Of a stretch of DNA of 64,000 nt, positions 18,622 to 27,952 are shown one piece after another; position 1 is the first letter of the stretch; every line of letters begins with the position of its first letter. A program made the translations under genes and the position numbers. This stretch comes from Candidatus Nomurabacteria bacterium (GTDB lineage Bacteria > Patescibacteriota > Minisyncoccia > Phycocordibacterales > UBA9973): the NCBI GenBank assembly GCA_943357245.1, contig CALRGH010000001.1, forward strand, positions 13,456-77,455, written 5' to 3'. Under the pieces are notes generated by a model that saw only the letters and a program-made list of their open reading frames with translations, was not told the origin of the DNA and did not search any database.

Positions 18622-19302
18622 TTAGTTTTTAGATTGCTTCCACTCTTCAATTTTCTTGTGATCACCGGAGAGAAGTACTTTTGGAGTTTTGTATTTTTTA
18701 CCTTTATATTCCAAAATTTCAGGACGGGTATAGATTTCAGAACTTGAGACACGTTCTTCTTCGAGTGATTCGAATTTGCCGAGGACACCGGGAATTTGGC
18801 GAGCGAGGCAGTCGAGCACGATCATTGCCGGCAATTCCCCGCCCGTGAGCACATAATCGCCGATCGAGACATGATCTGCTTTCAAAATTTTCGCAACGCG
18901 CGCATCGACACCTTCATAACGGCCACAGATTAATATAATATCAGTATATTTTTTTGCGGTTTGTTTTGCGTATATGGTGTTAAATGATTTTCCGCTCGGT
19001 GAGAAGAAAATAATTTTTGCTTTTCCTTTTTTCTTTGCAATTACTGCAAGCGCTTTATCACAAGCTTTCAACACAGGCTCCGCACGCATCACCATACCCG
19101 GACCACCACCAAACGGTCGATCATCTACGATGCGTGATATGTTGCCGTCAGGCCACACTTTTTTGTGCTTACCGGTGACGAAATCGCGCGGATTATAGTA
19201 CGCGATACTTATTTTCTTTTCTTTAATGGCACGCGCCACAATAGACGCCTCAGTGTACGAGGTAAAACTTTCGGGGAATAAGGTTATGATATGAAATCGC
19301 AT
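18622..19302 (-). CDS. trmD: tRNA (guanine37-N1)-methyltransferase
   Basis: MRFHIITLFPESF...DDRPFGGGPGMVMRAEPV... are TrmD SPOUT motifs. The ORF-track start at 19317 is TTG, so the ATG at 19302 is used. Confidence 0.9.
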   Translation of the reverse strand: MRFHIITLFPESFTSYTEASIVARAIKEKKISIAYYNPRDFVTGKHKKVWPDGNISRIVDDRPFGGGPGMVMRAEPVLKACDKALAVIAKKKGKAKIIFFSPSGKSFNTIYAKQTAKKYTDIILICGRYEGVDARVAKILKADHVSIGDYVLTGGELPAMIVLDCLARQIPGVLGKFESLEEERVSSSEIYTRPEILEYKGKKYKTPKVLLSGDHKKIEEWKQSKN

Positions 19303-19400
19303 GGAGAGACTATACAATAAAAAGTACGTTGTGTCACTAAAACAGCAAAGCAGCGCCGACGTAGTCGGCGCTGCTTTGCTGTTTTAGTTTATTGTGTGTT

Positions 19401-19430
19401 CCCTGCTACTTGCTACCAGTCCCTTGCTAC
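19401..19430 (+). repeat. 30-bp element CCCTGCTACTTGCTACCAGTCCCTTGCTAC (copy a), abutting the stop codon of the KH-domain gene
   Basis: Read directly. Near-identical copies are at 19888-19917 and 22350-22384, with an inverted partial copy at 22270-22294. Confidence 0.85.
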
Positions 19431-19762
19431 TAAATGCCTTTAAGGTCTTCCATTGCCTGATCAACTGTCGATGCACTCATACCTGCGCCACCTGGTGCAG
19501 CGGGAGGTACCAAACGTCCACCTTCTGGCTCGTTGATTTTCAAATTTACTCGAGCGTTGTTTTTCATACCAATGACACGGAGCAATGTTCGGATCGCTTT
19601 TGCGGTATTGCCTTGGCGACCGATAATCTTTCCCATATCAGCTTGATTGACGGACAAGGTAACCAATACTCCCATTTCATCTACCGTTCGATCAATTTTT
19701 ACATCATTCGGATTGTCTACTAATGCTTTCACTACGTACTCTAGAAATTGCTTGTCTTCCAT
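19430..19762 (-). CDS. KH-domain RNA-binding protein (YlqC/UPF0109-like)
   Basis: VGMKNNARVNLKI and IGRQGNTAKAIRTLL (GxxG KH loop). It sits in the conserved rpsP-KH-trmD position. Confidence 0.8.
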   Translation of the reverse strand: MEDKQFLEYVVKALVDNPNDVKIDRTVDEMGVLVTLSVNQADMGKIIGRQGNTAKAIRTLLRVIGMKNNARVNLKINEPEGGRLVPPAAPGGAGMSASTVDQAMEDLKGI

Positions 19763-19839
19763 ATCTTTTATGTTTGTACTAAATGAACAGACGCCTGACG
19801 AGGACGAATCTGTATTCTCTTATGATACCTTTTGTAAAA

Positions 19840-19866
19840 ACCTTCGTCAAACTGACGAAGGTTTTT
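19840..19866. terminator. hairpin ACCTTCGTCA-AAC-TGACGAAGGT with flanking A/T runs (bidirectional terminator or attenuator between rpsP and the KH gene)
   Basis: Perfect 10-bp stem, with GTAAAAA before it and TTTTT after it. Confidence 0.65.
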
Positions 19867-19887
19867 ATGTGGATTATTTTTTGTTTT

Positions 19888-19917
19888 CCCTGCTACTTGC
19901 TACCAGTTCCTTGCTAC
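19888..19917 (+). repeat. 30-bp element CCCTGCTACTTGCTACCAGTTCCTTGCTAC (copy b), overlapping the rpsP stop codon
   Basis: Read directly. It overlaps the rpsP stop (CTA at 19914-19916). Confidence 0.85.
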
Positions 19918-20222
19918 TTACTCGCTTTCATCAACTTTCGTTTCTGTGTTGGTGCTTTCTTCGAAAGGACGTTGCGCTTTTTTGCGGTAAGCACTCCTTC
20001 TTGTACCAAGAAATTATGTACCGTATCTGATACTTGCGCGCCTTCTTTAATGCGCTTCAAGATTGCTTCTTTCTTAAATTCTGGTTTACCAGCATGTGGG
20101 TTATACGCACCCAAAATTTCGATAAATTTACCACTCTTTGCGGCATTTTTTGAATCGGTCAACACGACGCGGAAATGCGCTTCGTTCTTGCGGCCTATTC
20201 GTTCTAATCTGATCTTTAACAT
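19914..20222 (-). CDS. rpsP: 30S ribosomal protein S16
   Basis: MLKIRLERIGRKNEAHFRVVLTDSKNAAKSGKFIEILGAYNP matches the S16 N-terminus. Confidence 0.92.
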   Translation of the reverse strand: MLKIRLERIGRKNEAHFRVVLTDSKNAAKSGKFIEILGAYNPHAGKPEFKKEAILKRIKEGAQVSDTVHNFLVQEGVLTAKKRNVLSKKAPTQKRKLMKASK

Positions 20223-20262
20223 GTGTTCCCTATCCTAACTAAAAACGAACAGAAAGTCAATA

Positions 20263-22269
20263 ATGTCACAAATACTGTATAAAAAACAGTCTTTCTGCTA
20301 TAGTGCCTTTGTAATGCCACACACAAAGAAAGATACGCAGGGTGCTCATGACAAAAAATCATCTGCTCACACACACAAATCGAAGCCGAAAAAAGACCCA
20401 ACAACATATCAAGGAATCATTCTCTTAAACCGTCGCGGGAACGGTTTTTTGCTACATGCCGGTGAGAAAATAACCGTAAGTGCAAAAGATCTCGCTACTG
20501 CACAGCATGGCGACACGGTGAAATTCACGATCTATACAACAAAATGGGGCAAAGGTGCTGATGTCCGTGAAATTATCTCTCGTCGCAAAACCGCCTTCAC
20601 GGGCGTCCTCCGCAAACAAAACGGCGCATACATAGTTCTCGCCGACGATACAAAATTCAACACGCCGATTTTGGTGCATGATGGCTTCCCTTCTGCAATA
20701 AAAGAAGGTGACAAAGTATATATAGACATCACTGATTGGACTGTGGGAAAATTGGGCGGTAGTATTCGAGAAATATTGGGCACACACGGTGAACACAAAA
20801 CAGAAATGGCAAGTATTCTCCGCGACCGTTCGCTTGTCGAAGGATTCCCTGACCACATAGAAAAAGCAGCTGAATCTTTATATGACAATTACGATCCTGA
20901 TCTTGAAGCAAAAACGCGCCGAGATTTTCGCGGTATCGCGACATTTACTATCGATCCTGTTGATGCAAAAGATTTCGACGATGCGCTTTCCTACGAAACA
21001 CTTCCTGACGGCTCGTACGAAGTCGGTGTGCACATTGCCGATGTCTCGCACTTTATCAGACCAAATGACACACTCGATCAACTCGCTCAAGAACGCGGCA
21101 CGTCTATTTATTTGGTTGATCGCGTTATTCCCATGCTTCCGGAAACACTATCAAACGACTTAGCGAGTTTGAAAGAAAAAGTAGACCGTCTCACCATGAG
21201 TGCGGTGTTCACGTTTAATAAAGAAGGGCAAATTATAAAAGAATGGTTTGGTAAGACCATTATTTATTCGCAAAAAAGATTTAGTTATGAATCTGCAGAA
21301 GCGATTCTCGACGGTGGCGAAGGCCCTTTTCAAAAAGAACTGCTCGCATTAAATACAATCGCAAAATCAAGAATAAAAGGTCGTGCAGTTCGCGGTGCAC
21401 TAGAGCTCGACAGCGATGAAGTAAAAGCGGATTTAAATGCAGACGGACTTATTGTCGGATTCCATCACAAAACACGCGGTCAAAGTCACCGACTTGTTGA
21501 AGAACTCATGCTTTTGGCAAATGAATACGTCGCAACATTTATCGAGAAGAAAACAAAAGTCATTGGCTTCTATCGCATTCACGACAATCCAGAACTCGGA
21601 CGCATCGAAGATTTGCGCGGATTTCTTGCAAAACTTGATTATAAATTAGAAGGCAAAGGTGGTGACCCGTTGCGCAAAAGTTTTCGTAAAATTTTAAAGT
21701 TAGCAGCGGATGACAAAGCACATGATGCAATTCAAGTGTCTATTATTCGCAGTATGGCAAAAGCGATTTACTCAACCACCAACAAAGGCCACTTTGGTTT
21801 GGCGCTCGGCACCTACACGCACTTCACCTCACCTATTCGCCGATATCCAGATGTCATCGTGCACCGCATTTTGCAAGCACTCCTCACAGGCGTAAACGAA
21901 CCCTACAATGTACAAACATTACATTCATTTGCGGACACAACATCTGCACAAGAGCGAAATGCGCAAGATGCAGAACGCTCATCTATCAAATTAAAACAAA
22001 TGGAATATTTACTCGCACGAAAAGAAAACATATTTACCGGACGTATCACCAATATCAATGGCTGGGGCGCATTCGTGGAAGAGCAAACATCTGCATGTGA
22101 AGGATTTATCAAAGTAGAATTATTTCCGAAAGAATGTGTCTTTGATGAGAAAAAATTGCAGATTGAAAATAAAACAACGAATCAAATCTGGCGCATCGGT
22201 GATGAACTTCCTATTAAAGTCGCAAACGTAGATATGGATAGAAAAGAGGTGGATTTCAAGCTGGCATAA
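20263..22269 (+). CDS. rnr: ribonuclease R / RNase II-family 3-prime to 5-prime exoribonuclease
   Basis: RNB catalytic motifs DFDDALS...IADVSHF and GHFGLALGTYTHFTSPIRRYPDVIVHR. A C-terminal S1-like segment is present. An alternative start at the internal Met (MPHTKK) is possible. Confidence 0.88.
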   Translation: MSQILYKKQSFCYSAFVMPHTKKDTQGAHDKKSSAHTHKSKPKKDPTTYQGIILLNRRGNGFLLHAGEKITVSAKDLATAQHGDTVKFTIYTTKWGKGADVREIISRRKTAFTGVLRKQNGAYIVLADDTKFNTPILVHDGFPSAIKEGDKVYIDITDWTVGKLGGSIREILGTHGEHKTEMASILRDRSLVEGFPDHIEKAAESLYDNYDPDLEAKTRRDFRGIATFTIDPVDAKDFDDALSYETLPDGSYEVGVHIADVSHFIRPNDTLDQLAQERGTSIYLVDRVIPMLPETLSNDLASLKEKVDRLTMSAVFTFNKEGQIIKEWFGKTIIYSQKRFSYESAEAILDGGEGPFQKELLALNTIAKSRIKGRAVRGALELDSDEVKADLNADGLIVGFHHKTRGQSHRLVEELMLLANEYVATFIEKKTKVIGFYRIHDNPELGRIEDLRGFLAKLDYKLEGKGGDPLRKSFRKILKLAADDKAHDAIQVSIIRSMAKAIYSTTNKGHFGLALGTYTHFTSPIRRYPDVIVHRILQALLTGVNEPYNVQTLHSFADTTSAQERNAQDAERSSIKLKQMEYLLARKENIFTGRITNINGWGAFVEEQTSACEGFIKVELFPKECVFDEKKLQIENKTTNQIWRIGDELPIKVANVDMDRKEVDFKLA

Positions 22270-22384
22270 GTTGGTAGCAAGTAGCAAGGGTTTCAAAACA
22301 ATATAAACACAAGTGCAGGATTTGGCGAAGCCAAATCCTGCACTTGTGTCTTCCCTGCTACTTGCTACCAGTACCTTGCTACAA
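22270..22384. repeat. composite MITE-like unit: inverted partial copy of the 30-bp element (22270-22294), 20-bp-stem perfect hairpin (22307-22349), direct copy of the element (22350-22384)
   Basis: GTTGGTAGCAAGTAGCAAGGG (reverse complement of CCCTTGCTACTTGCTACCAAC), then ACACAAGTGCAGGATTTGGC-GAA-GCCAAATCCTGCACTTGTGT, then CTTCCCTGCTACTTGCTACCAGTACCTTGCTACA. It lies between the rnr stop and the capA start. Confidence 0.8.
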
Positions 22385-22406
22385 GCAGTATGCTACCATA
22401 CTGCTT

Positions 22407-23441
22407 ATGCGTTACCTCATCCTCCCTATTTCCATCGCACTTTTCATTGCCGCTATCGGCTTTATTCCTGCGCGCGATTCTATTATTAGTGACGGCAAAA
22501 AAGAAACCCCGACAAAAATGATCGAACAACAAGAGCCTGTTCCAGAATTACCAAAAAGTACCAGTATTGTATTTGGTGGCGACATCATGCTTGCGCGAAG
22601 CGTGCGCACAAGCGTAGAGAAAAATTTTGGCGGCGACTACTCAAAACTATTTGATAATCTCACTGTATTCCGCGATGCAGATATCGCATTTGCAAATCTT
22701 GAAGGACCCATTTCCGAAAATGGTAAAAATGTCGGTAGTATTTATTCATTTCGATTTGATCCTAAAGTTGCGCCAGTCTTAGCTGATGCAGGATTTGATG
22801 TTGTCTCATTTGCAAATAATCATGTCGGCGATTGGACCAAGCGTGCATTTGATGACACGCTCGTGCATTTACAAAATGCGGGTATTGGATTTACTGGTGC
22901 AGGTATTAATAAACAACAAGCAGGGACGCCATATGTCATAGAAAAAAATGGCGTGCGGTATGGATTTCTTGCACTATCTGATGTTGGTCCAAACTGGCTC
23001 ATGGCAACAGACACAAGTGCTGGTATTTTAATTGCAGATTCTAAAACACTTCCACAAATCGTAACCGATGCAAAAACGTGGTGCGATTTTCTTATTGTGT
23101 CATTCCACTGGGGTACCGAATACAAACCGCACAATGCACGACAGACAACATTGGCACACACAGCGATAGATAATGGCGCCGACATGATTATTGGCGCACA
23201 TCCACATGTGGAGCAAGCGACGGAATGGTATAAAAATAAGTTTATCGCGTACAGTTTGGGTAATTTGATTTTCGACCAATATTTTTCTCCTGCAACCATG
23301 CAGGGACTTATCATCCGCGCAGATATTGATATCGACCACAATGTCACCATCAAAAAATACACCATGAAATTAAATACGATGTACCAGCCGGAATCTGTTA
23401 CTGAAAAAATAGAGGCTCCTGAAAATACTCCCCAAGAATAA
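22407..23441 (+). CDS. CapA/PgsA-family metallophosphatase-fold protein (poly-gamma-glutamate / capsule biosynthesis protein CapA-like)
   Basis: SIVFGGDIMLARSV...FANLEGPISENG...SFANNHVGDW...HWGTEYKPHN...GAHPHVEQ...GNLIFDQ are CapA/YwtB motifs. The annotated ORF start at 22344 translates the repeat element (MCLPCYLLPVPCY), so the ATG at 22407 (MRYLILPISIALF signal-anchor) is used. Confidence 0.82.
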   Translation: MRYLILPISIALFIAAIGFIPARDSIISDGKKETPTKMIEQQEPVPELPKSTSIVFGGDIMLARSVRTSVEKNFGGDYSKLFDNLTVFRDADIAFANLEGPISENGKNVGSIYSFRFDPKVAPVLADAGFDVVSFANNHVGDWTKRAFDDTLVHLQNAGIGFTGAGINKQQAGTPYVIEKNGVRYGFLALSDVGPNWLMATDTSAGILIADSKTLPQIVTDAKTWCDFLIVSFHWGTEYKPHNARQTTLAHTAIDNGADMIIGAHPHVEQATEWYKNKFIAYSLGNLIFDQYFSPATMQGLIIRADIDIDHNVTIKKYTMKLNTMYQPESVTEKIEAPENTPQE

Positions 23442-23448
23442 ATTGGTT

Positions 23449-23494
23449 ACAGTGTGCTCGAATTTGGCTTCGCCAAATTCGAGCACACTGTTTT
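23449..23494 (+). terminator. 20-bp perfect hairpin ACAGTGTGCTCGAATTTGGC-TTC-GCCAAATTCGAGCACACTGT followed by TTTT (capA terminator; TTTGGC/GCCAAA family)
   Basis: Read directly, 8 nt after the capA stop. Confidence 0.75.
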
Positions 23495-23593
23495 ACCCCT
23501 ATCCCCACGCATCACCTGTTCCACGGCACCTTTTCTGCTATACTTGTTAGAAGTAACACGCTCTCTTTTTATTATGCTAATTTCACCTATCCT

Positions 23594-23884
23594 ATGAAAA
23601 CCATAGACGACTTTGTCGATAAACTTATTGTCGAGAAGAATTTTGATACCAAAGACCCTGAAGTGGTGGCACAACTTAAGACTGACTTACTCACACGCAT
23701 AGACGACCGCATAAAAGCTATGATTATGAGTAATATGCGAGAAGACAAGCTTGCTGAATTTAAAAGTATGCTTGATGGGGGCGATGAAGCAAAAATAGGC
23801 CAGTACATCCGCGACCAAATTCCTGATATTGATGAAAAAACAGCGGCCGTGCTGCTGACATTTAAAACGATTTATCTTTCCTAA
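23594..23884 (+). CDS. hypothetical small acidic protein (96 aa)
   Basis: Clean ORF 5 nt upstream of the 1061-aa ORF and co-oriented with it. Confidence 0.45.
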   Translation: MKTIDDFVDKLIVEKNFDTKDPEVVAQLKTDLLTRIDDRIKAMIMSNMREDKLAEFKSMLDGGDEAKIGQYIRDQIPDIDEKTAAVLLTFKTIYLS

Positions 23885-23889
23885 CCACC

Positions 23890-26800
23890 ATGTCACCCGA
23901 AGTACCCGACGCAGATAAAATAGAGAAAAAAATATTCAAAGCGGCGATCATCAACACCGATGAACTTGTGAAATCCCAAGCACGGGATATTGGTGATGCA
24001 AAAATGACAGAATCGAAAGAAGACCGCGACGCAAATTGGTTTACCAGAAACGCAAAACGAATTTGGAAACACAATATTGCCCAAGAGTGGTATCGCCAGC
24101 GAGAAATTTCTCGAGCAAAGAAAGATATTTTAGAGAAACACGACCTTTATGTGGGAGAAAAAGGATTTAATCCGGATACCAACACTCCAGATGGGCAATC
24201 ACACACTGAGGCAATGCAAGCAATCATTGATCGTTTTACGAGCGAATACGAAGATGAAGAAGTGTTACATACAGGAGAAACGCGGAAGACGATCGAAGGC
24301 GCTGCAATCAACACAAATATCAAAGAGCTCATCAAGCGGTATGTAAAAGATAATCTGCCGGATGAAGAATTTGATGAACAGAAAAAACGTATCCTTTCTA
24401 AATATGACAAGAGAACTGCATCAGACAAAAGTTTGTACGCGGATAATTTACTTGCTATCGCCAATGAAGTAAAGAGTGCTGTCGCGCACGGGACAAAACT
24501 TGCAGAGCTTGATTTTGATGTTGAGATCACCCTCGGTAACGCGCGTGAAAGTTTGAGCACGGAGGCACATAACACCTTTGATAAAGCCATCGATGGATTG
24601 CAAAATACCAAAATCGGTAAATACCTCGCGAACGAACCAGCAGTGCTTGGTATCTTGGCTGGCGCATATGAATTAGGAAGAAACAGTATTCAAAGAACTG
24701 TTCGTTCAAAAGGGCTCCAGTGGGCAACGTTCGGCGGTGCAGCGCTTTTAGCTGGTGGTATCAGTGCAGTAAAAGAGCGCGCACGATTTACCCGAGAGCG
24801 CGCGCAGCATCAACGTGAACAAACAAAAGGCATGGAGTTCAAAGAACCTGATATGAAGCGCCGCAAAGAAATGGGTGAAACAGATTACGAAACAAAAAAG
24901 GCAGCAAGTATCATTGAGGATTTGGGCGCCGATCTTGCAAAAATGCATGAGGGAGACGCAACGAATGAAGAAATAAATGCGATCGTAGACCGCCTTGCTG
25001 AGCTTGAATCACGCATCAAGTTGAACGATCAAGAGAAAATTGATCTCATTACCTACGATAAATTTAATACCGTTGAAAAAGATCGCACCGCAATGGATCT
25101 TGGGCGCGCAGAGCTCAAAGTAGCGCTTCGTCGTGCAGGGCGGGAGTTTCAAAATGGAGAAGAAAAAGTTGATTTTGATACTGCATTACGCCTCCTTACC
25201 GAATCCAAAAAAACAGAGTTGCTTGGGGGCGAATCAGGTATTACTGCCCAGAACAAAGAATTTGCAAAACTAAGAAATAGCCGCGCATGGAAAGCCTTCG
25301 CGACAACGACATTGGCAAGTGCGACGGTTGGTGTCCTCTTCCAAGAAGGAAAAGCACTCCTTGATGCTTCACAAGACGGCATTATCGAAGGCACCATCAA
25401 ACATTTTAATAATAAAGAAGATTTGGTTAAACATGGTACTGGTCTTGAAGCACTGCGACGGTGGTTTACCGGGGATCATGCGATGATGCCACACAACGAC
25501 GCATCACTCTTGCATGAAGGTGTCGTTGCTGGCGGACACTTGCAATTGCCAAAAGGAATTAATTTGAAACCCGCCGATGGTACTAATAATTTTGATATTG
25601 TGCGCGATAACGGCAATGTTGTTGTTTCCGACGTGCATATGGAATTCGATGAGAACGGAGACCTCTCTGACGAAACAAAACAAGCGCTCGCGAAGAGTGG
25701 TGTCATAAGCGAGTTTGGAATAGTTGGAGAAAAAACAACAGAGACAGTTACCGAACCAGCGCAAGACTATCTAGACAACCACGCTGGTCTGACACAAAAA
25801 ATTCATCGCGAGCTCTGGTACGACAATGACACCCCACACCCATTTGATGGGAATGAATTGCGCACCGATTGGGGCGGCGACCGCAATACCGGTATCGATG
25901 CAAATGGCAATTATGTATTCAATGTGTCTCGTATGACAGAGGATGGCTCATTCCACAGTGCAAGCAGTGTTGATGCAAAAGAGGCAATAGGAAAAGGAAA
26001 TCTCAAAATGCTCTTTTCCCTCTCCCGCGATACGCAGCACCAAGTATTCGAAGTACAGATTGATGCAGATGGTAATGCGATCATTGATCCAAAAAGCGAA
26101 CTTGGCAAACTACTGTTTGAAAACCAAAACGGCCATGCGGTATTCACCGGCAAATTCGCCGAAGTAGCACAATCTATGGGCACGGCAGAAGACGGCGGAG
26201 AAAATGTACGTATTTTGGGTACGCATGTAGGCTTGGGTAAAGACACTGTTACCGACATCGTACCTACAGATACAACAGTCGGAAAAGTACTGCTCGATAT
26301 TCCAGAAGAAACCACGTACGACACATTAGTCGTTCCAATAGTAGGTCCTCGACGACCTCTTGAACGCGGCAAGTATGCAAAAGACGCAACCGTAGAATCG
26401 AATCGCGCACGAGAAGCTCAACACCGAGCTGAAGATGCAGAAAATAGAGCGGCAGCGGGCACCGCTGTAGCCGCGGAAACAGCATATATTGCAGGAGGTG
26501 TGTCCTACTCGCCAGATCGAGGAGTTACGGGTTTTGGAGAATATACCATAGGGATGAATACAGATCATGTGTATGGATTTGTGGGTCTTGATAGAAAAAC
26601 GACAGATGCAAGATTAAAGGACGTCAAAAAATACACCCACCCAGAAGTAATCGTGTTCGAGGAAGATACAACAAAACGAGACGCTGCGCTCAAACAAATA
26701 CAAGATCTCAAGAGATGGTATCCGAGAGTCAAATTCACCTATATTGCCCTTCCGACAAATATGGATAAAGTAGAGCCAAAGGAAGTAAAAAAATATACAG

Positions 26801-27075
26801 AGCAACGTTTCAAATATATTCTTGAATCTTCATCGCTTGATAAAAAAGTACGTCATGAACTTTACGTCGAGGAATCACTTGAAAAAGAATTGCTTGCTGA
26901 CGTTGAAAGTGCAGAATGGGAAGCATATGTACGGAGTAATTACAAAGCATCCGACGAGCGACTCTATACGATTGCATGGAAAGAAAAAAATAAACAATTA
27001 CTTTCCCACAAAGAACGTATTATTTACGAAGACAACAAAAAGGCCGTTGATAAGTTAATCGGGAAAATAAAATAA
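23890..27075 (+). CDS. large hypothetical protein (1061 aa), charged/coiled-coil-rich with two internal hydrophobic segments
   Basis: Long uninterrupted ORF. No Walker motifs or other recognisable catalytic signatures. Hydrophobic segments LQWATFGGAALLAGGISAV and AFATTTLASATVGVLF. Confidence 0.6.
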   Translation: MSPEVPDADKIEKKIFKAAIINTDELVKSQARDIGDAKMTESKEDRDANWFTRNAKRIWKHNIAQEWYRQREISRAKKDILEKHDLYVGEKGFNPDTNTPDGQSHTEAMQAIIDRFTSEYEDEEVLHTGETRKTIEGAAINTNIKELIKRYVKDNLPDEEFDEQKKRILSKYDKRTASDKSLYADNLLAIANEVKSAVAHGTKLAELDFDVEITLGNARESLSTEAHNTFDKAIDGLQNTKIGKYLANEPAVLGILAGAYELGRNSIQRTVRSKGLQWATFGGAALLAGGISAVKERARFTRERAQHQREQTKGMEFKEPDMKRRKEMGETDYETKKAASIIEDLGADLAKMHEGDATNEEINAIVDRLAELESRIKLNDQEKIDLITYDKFNTVEKDRTAMDLGRAELKVALRRAGREFQNGEEKVDFDTALRLLTESKKTELLGGESGITAQNKEFAKLRNSRAWKAFATTTLASATVGVLFQEGKALLDASQDGIIEGTIKHFNNKEDLVKHGTGLEALRRWFTGDHAMMPHNDASLLHEGVVAGGHLQLPKGINLKPADGTNNFDIVRDNGNVVVSDVHMEFDENGDLSDETKQALAKSGVISEFGIVGEKTTETVTEPAQDYLDNHAGLTQKIHRELWYDNDTPHPFDGNELRTDWGGDRNTGIDANGNYVFNVSRMTEDGSFHSASSVDAKEAIGKGNLKMLFSLSRDTQHQVFEVQIDADGNAIIDPKSELGKLLFENQNGHAVFTGKFAEVAQSMGTAEDGGENVRILGTHVGLGKDTVTDIVPTDTTVGKVLLDIPEETTYDTLVVPIVGPRRPLERGKYAKDATVESNRAREAQHRAEDAENRAAAGTAVAAETAYIAGGVSYSPDRGVTGFGEYTIGMNTDHVYGFVGLDRKTTDARLKDVKKYTHPEVIVFEEDTTKRDAALKQIQDLKRWYPRVKFTYIALPTNMDKVEPKEVKKYTEQRFKYILESSSLDKKVRHELYVEESLEKELLADVESAEWEAYVRSNYKASDERLYTIAWKEKNKQLLSHKERIIYEDNKKAVDKLIGKIK

Positions 27076-27079
27076 AAAA

Positions 27080-27100
27080 GCCCCCCGATAATCGGGGAGC
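27080..27100. terminator. GC-rich hairpin GCCCCCCGAT-AA-TCGGGGAGC with a T-run on the minus strand (terminator of 27128-27742, also follows the 1061-aa gene)
   Basis: Stem CCCCGA/TCGGGG plus outer GC/GC pairs, with an A-run at 27071-27079. Confidence 0.6.
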
Positions 27101-27127
27101 TTGAGAAAAGATAATTCAATAATTTAA

Positions 27128-27742
27128 TTAGGTTGGCTGCTGGTTCGCTTGCTGAGGTTGCACTTGCTGTTGGCGGGGAAGTTTTGCCAATTCAAGGCTG
27201 TTGATAGTAGTGCCGAACATCTCTATTTCAACATTCGGATTGCCATTCATGTCATGGTTCATCTTCATTCTGCCTCCACCACCATTAGTGATTGTGGTTA
27301 TCACTTGTTCTCCATAATAAGGAAATAAATTCCTTCTTCTGTTGGTAATCATATACACAATCCCGGCAATGAGTAATCCAGCAATAATGATAGCAAGGAT
27401 AGTGTAGAGGAGGTCCTGAGTACTCATCCCGTTTCCGCCGTCTTTCTTTGCAGCATCGCCACCAATAGTTATTGTATTGATATTTTGCGGATTGGTATTG
27501 GCATTTGCGGACGGAATCTGCACATGCACATTTGCAATCGTTGTATCAACACTTACCAATCTGTTACCGGTTACTTTGCCTGTTGTGCAGGAAGTAATCG
27601 GAGAAGTGTGGTAATTGGTAACCGGAAATGAGAAGTCAACAGTAACTTTGTCAGAGCTCGGTTGAGCAGTAACACTTGGGCAATTGAGGTTCAAAAGTGC
27701 AATTGCGAACACTGTAGACAAAAGAATGGTTATCTTTTTCAT
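27128..27742 (-). CDS. hypothetical type-I membrane protein: signal peptide, ectodomain, single TM helix, Q/N-rich cytoplasmic tail
   Basis: MKKITILLSTVFAIALLNLNCPSVTAQP signal peptide (start taken at the ATG at 27742; the upstream extension begins with TTG). TM helix LLYTILAIIIAGLLIAGIVYMI. Confidence 0.55.
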   Translation of the reverse strand: MKKITILLSTVFAIALLNLNCPSVTAQPSSDKVTVDFSFPVTNYHTSPITSCTTGKVTGNRLVSVDTTIANVHVQIPSANANTNPQNINTITIGGDAAKKDGGNGMSTQDLLYTILAIIIAGLLIAGIVYMITNRRRNLFPYYGEQVITTITNGGGGRMKMNHDMNGNPNVEIEMFGTTINSLELAKLPRQQQVQPQQANQQPT

Positions 27743-27864
27743 GGGTCGTGGGTTTTTATTTTTAGTTAAACTTGAATACATTGTAGCATACCCTATTATA
27801 AAAGTCAAGTACCTTCCCGTACGCCCTAAAAAAGCCCCTATTTAAAGCGTTTTACCAAGGTAGC

Positions 27865-27906
27865 CCAAAAGCAGGGTTTGGCCTATAAGCCAAACCCTGC
27901 TTTTGG
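27865..27906. repeat. 18-bp-stem perfect hairpin CCAAAAGCAGGGTTTGGC-CTATAA-GCCAAACCCTGCTTTTGG (TTTGGC/GCCAAA family, same 10-bp core as 1124-1155)
   Basis: Read directly, between the SMC-like stop and the next gene. Confidence 0.8.
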
Positions 27907-27952
27907 TATTTTGTCGCTCATTACCCCCTAAAACCTAACCCCCCTACCCTGT

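Noticed and set aside
19783-20238. 151-aa plus-strand ORF, and the N-terminal extension of 22344-23441
   Set aside because: Both contain the peptide CYLLPVPCY, which is simply the translation of the 30-bp repeat element. The first also lies antisense to rpsP. The capA start was moved to 22407 accordingly.
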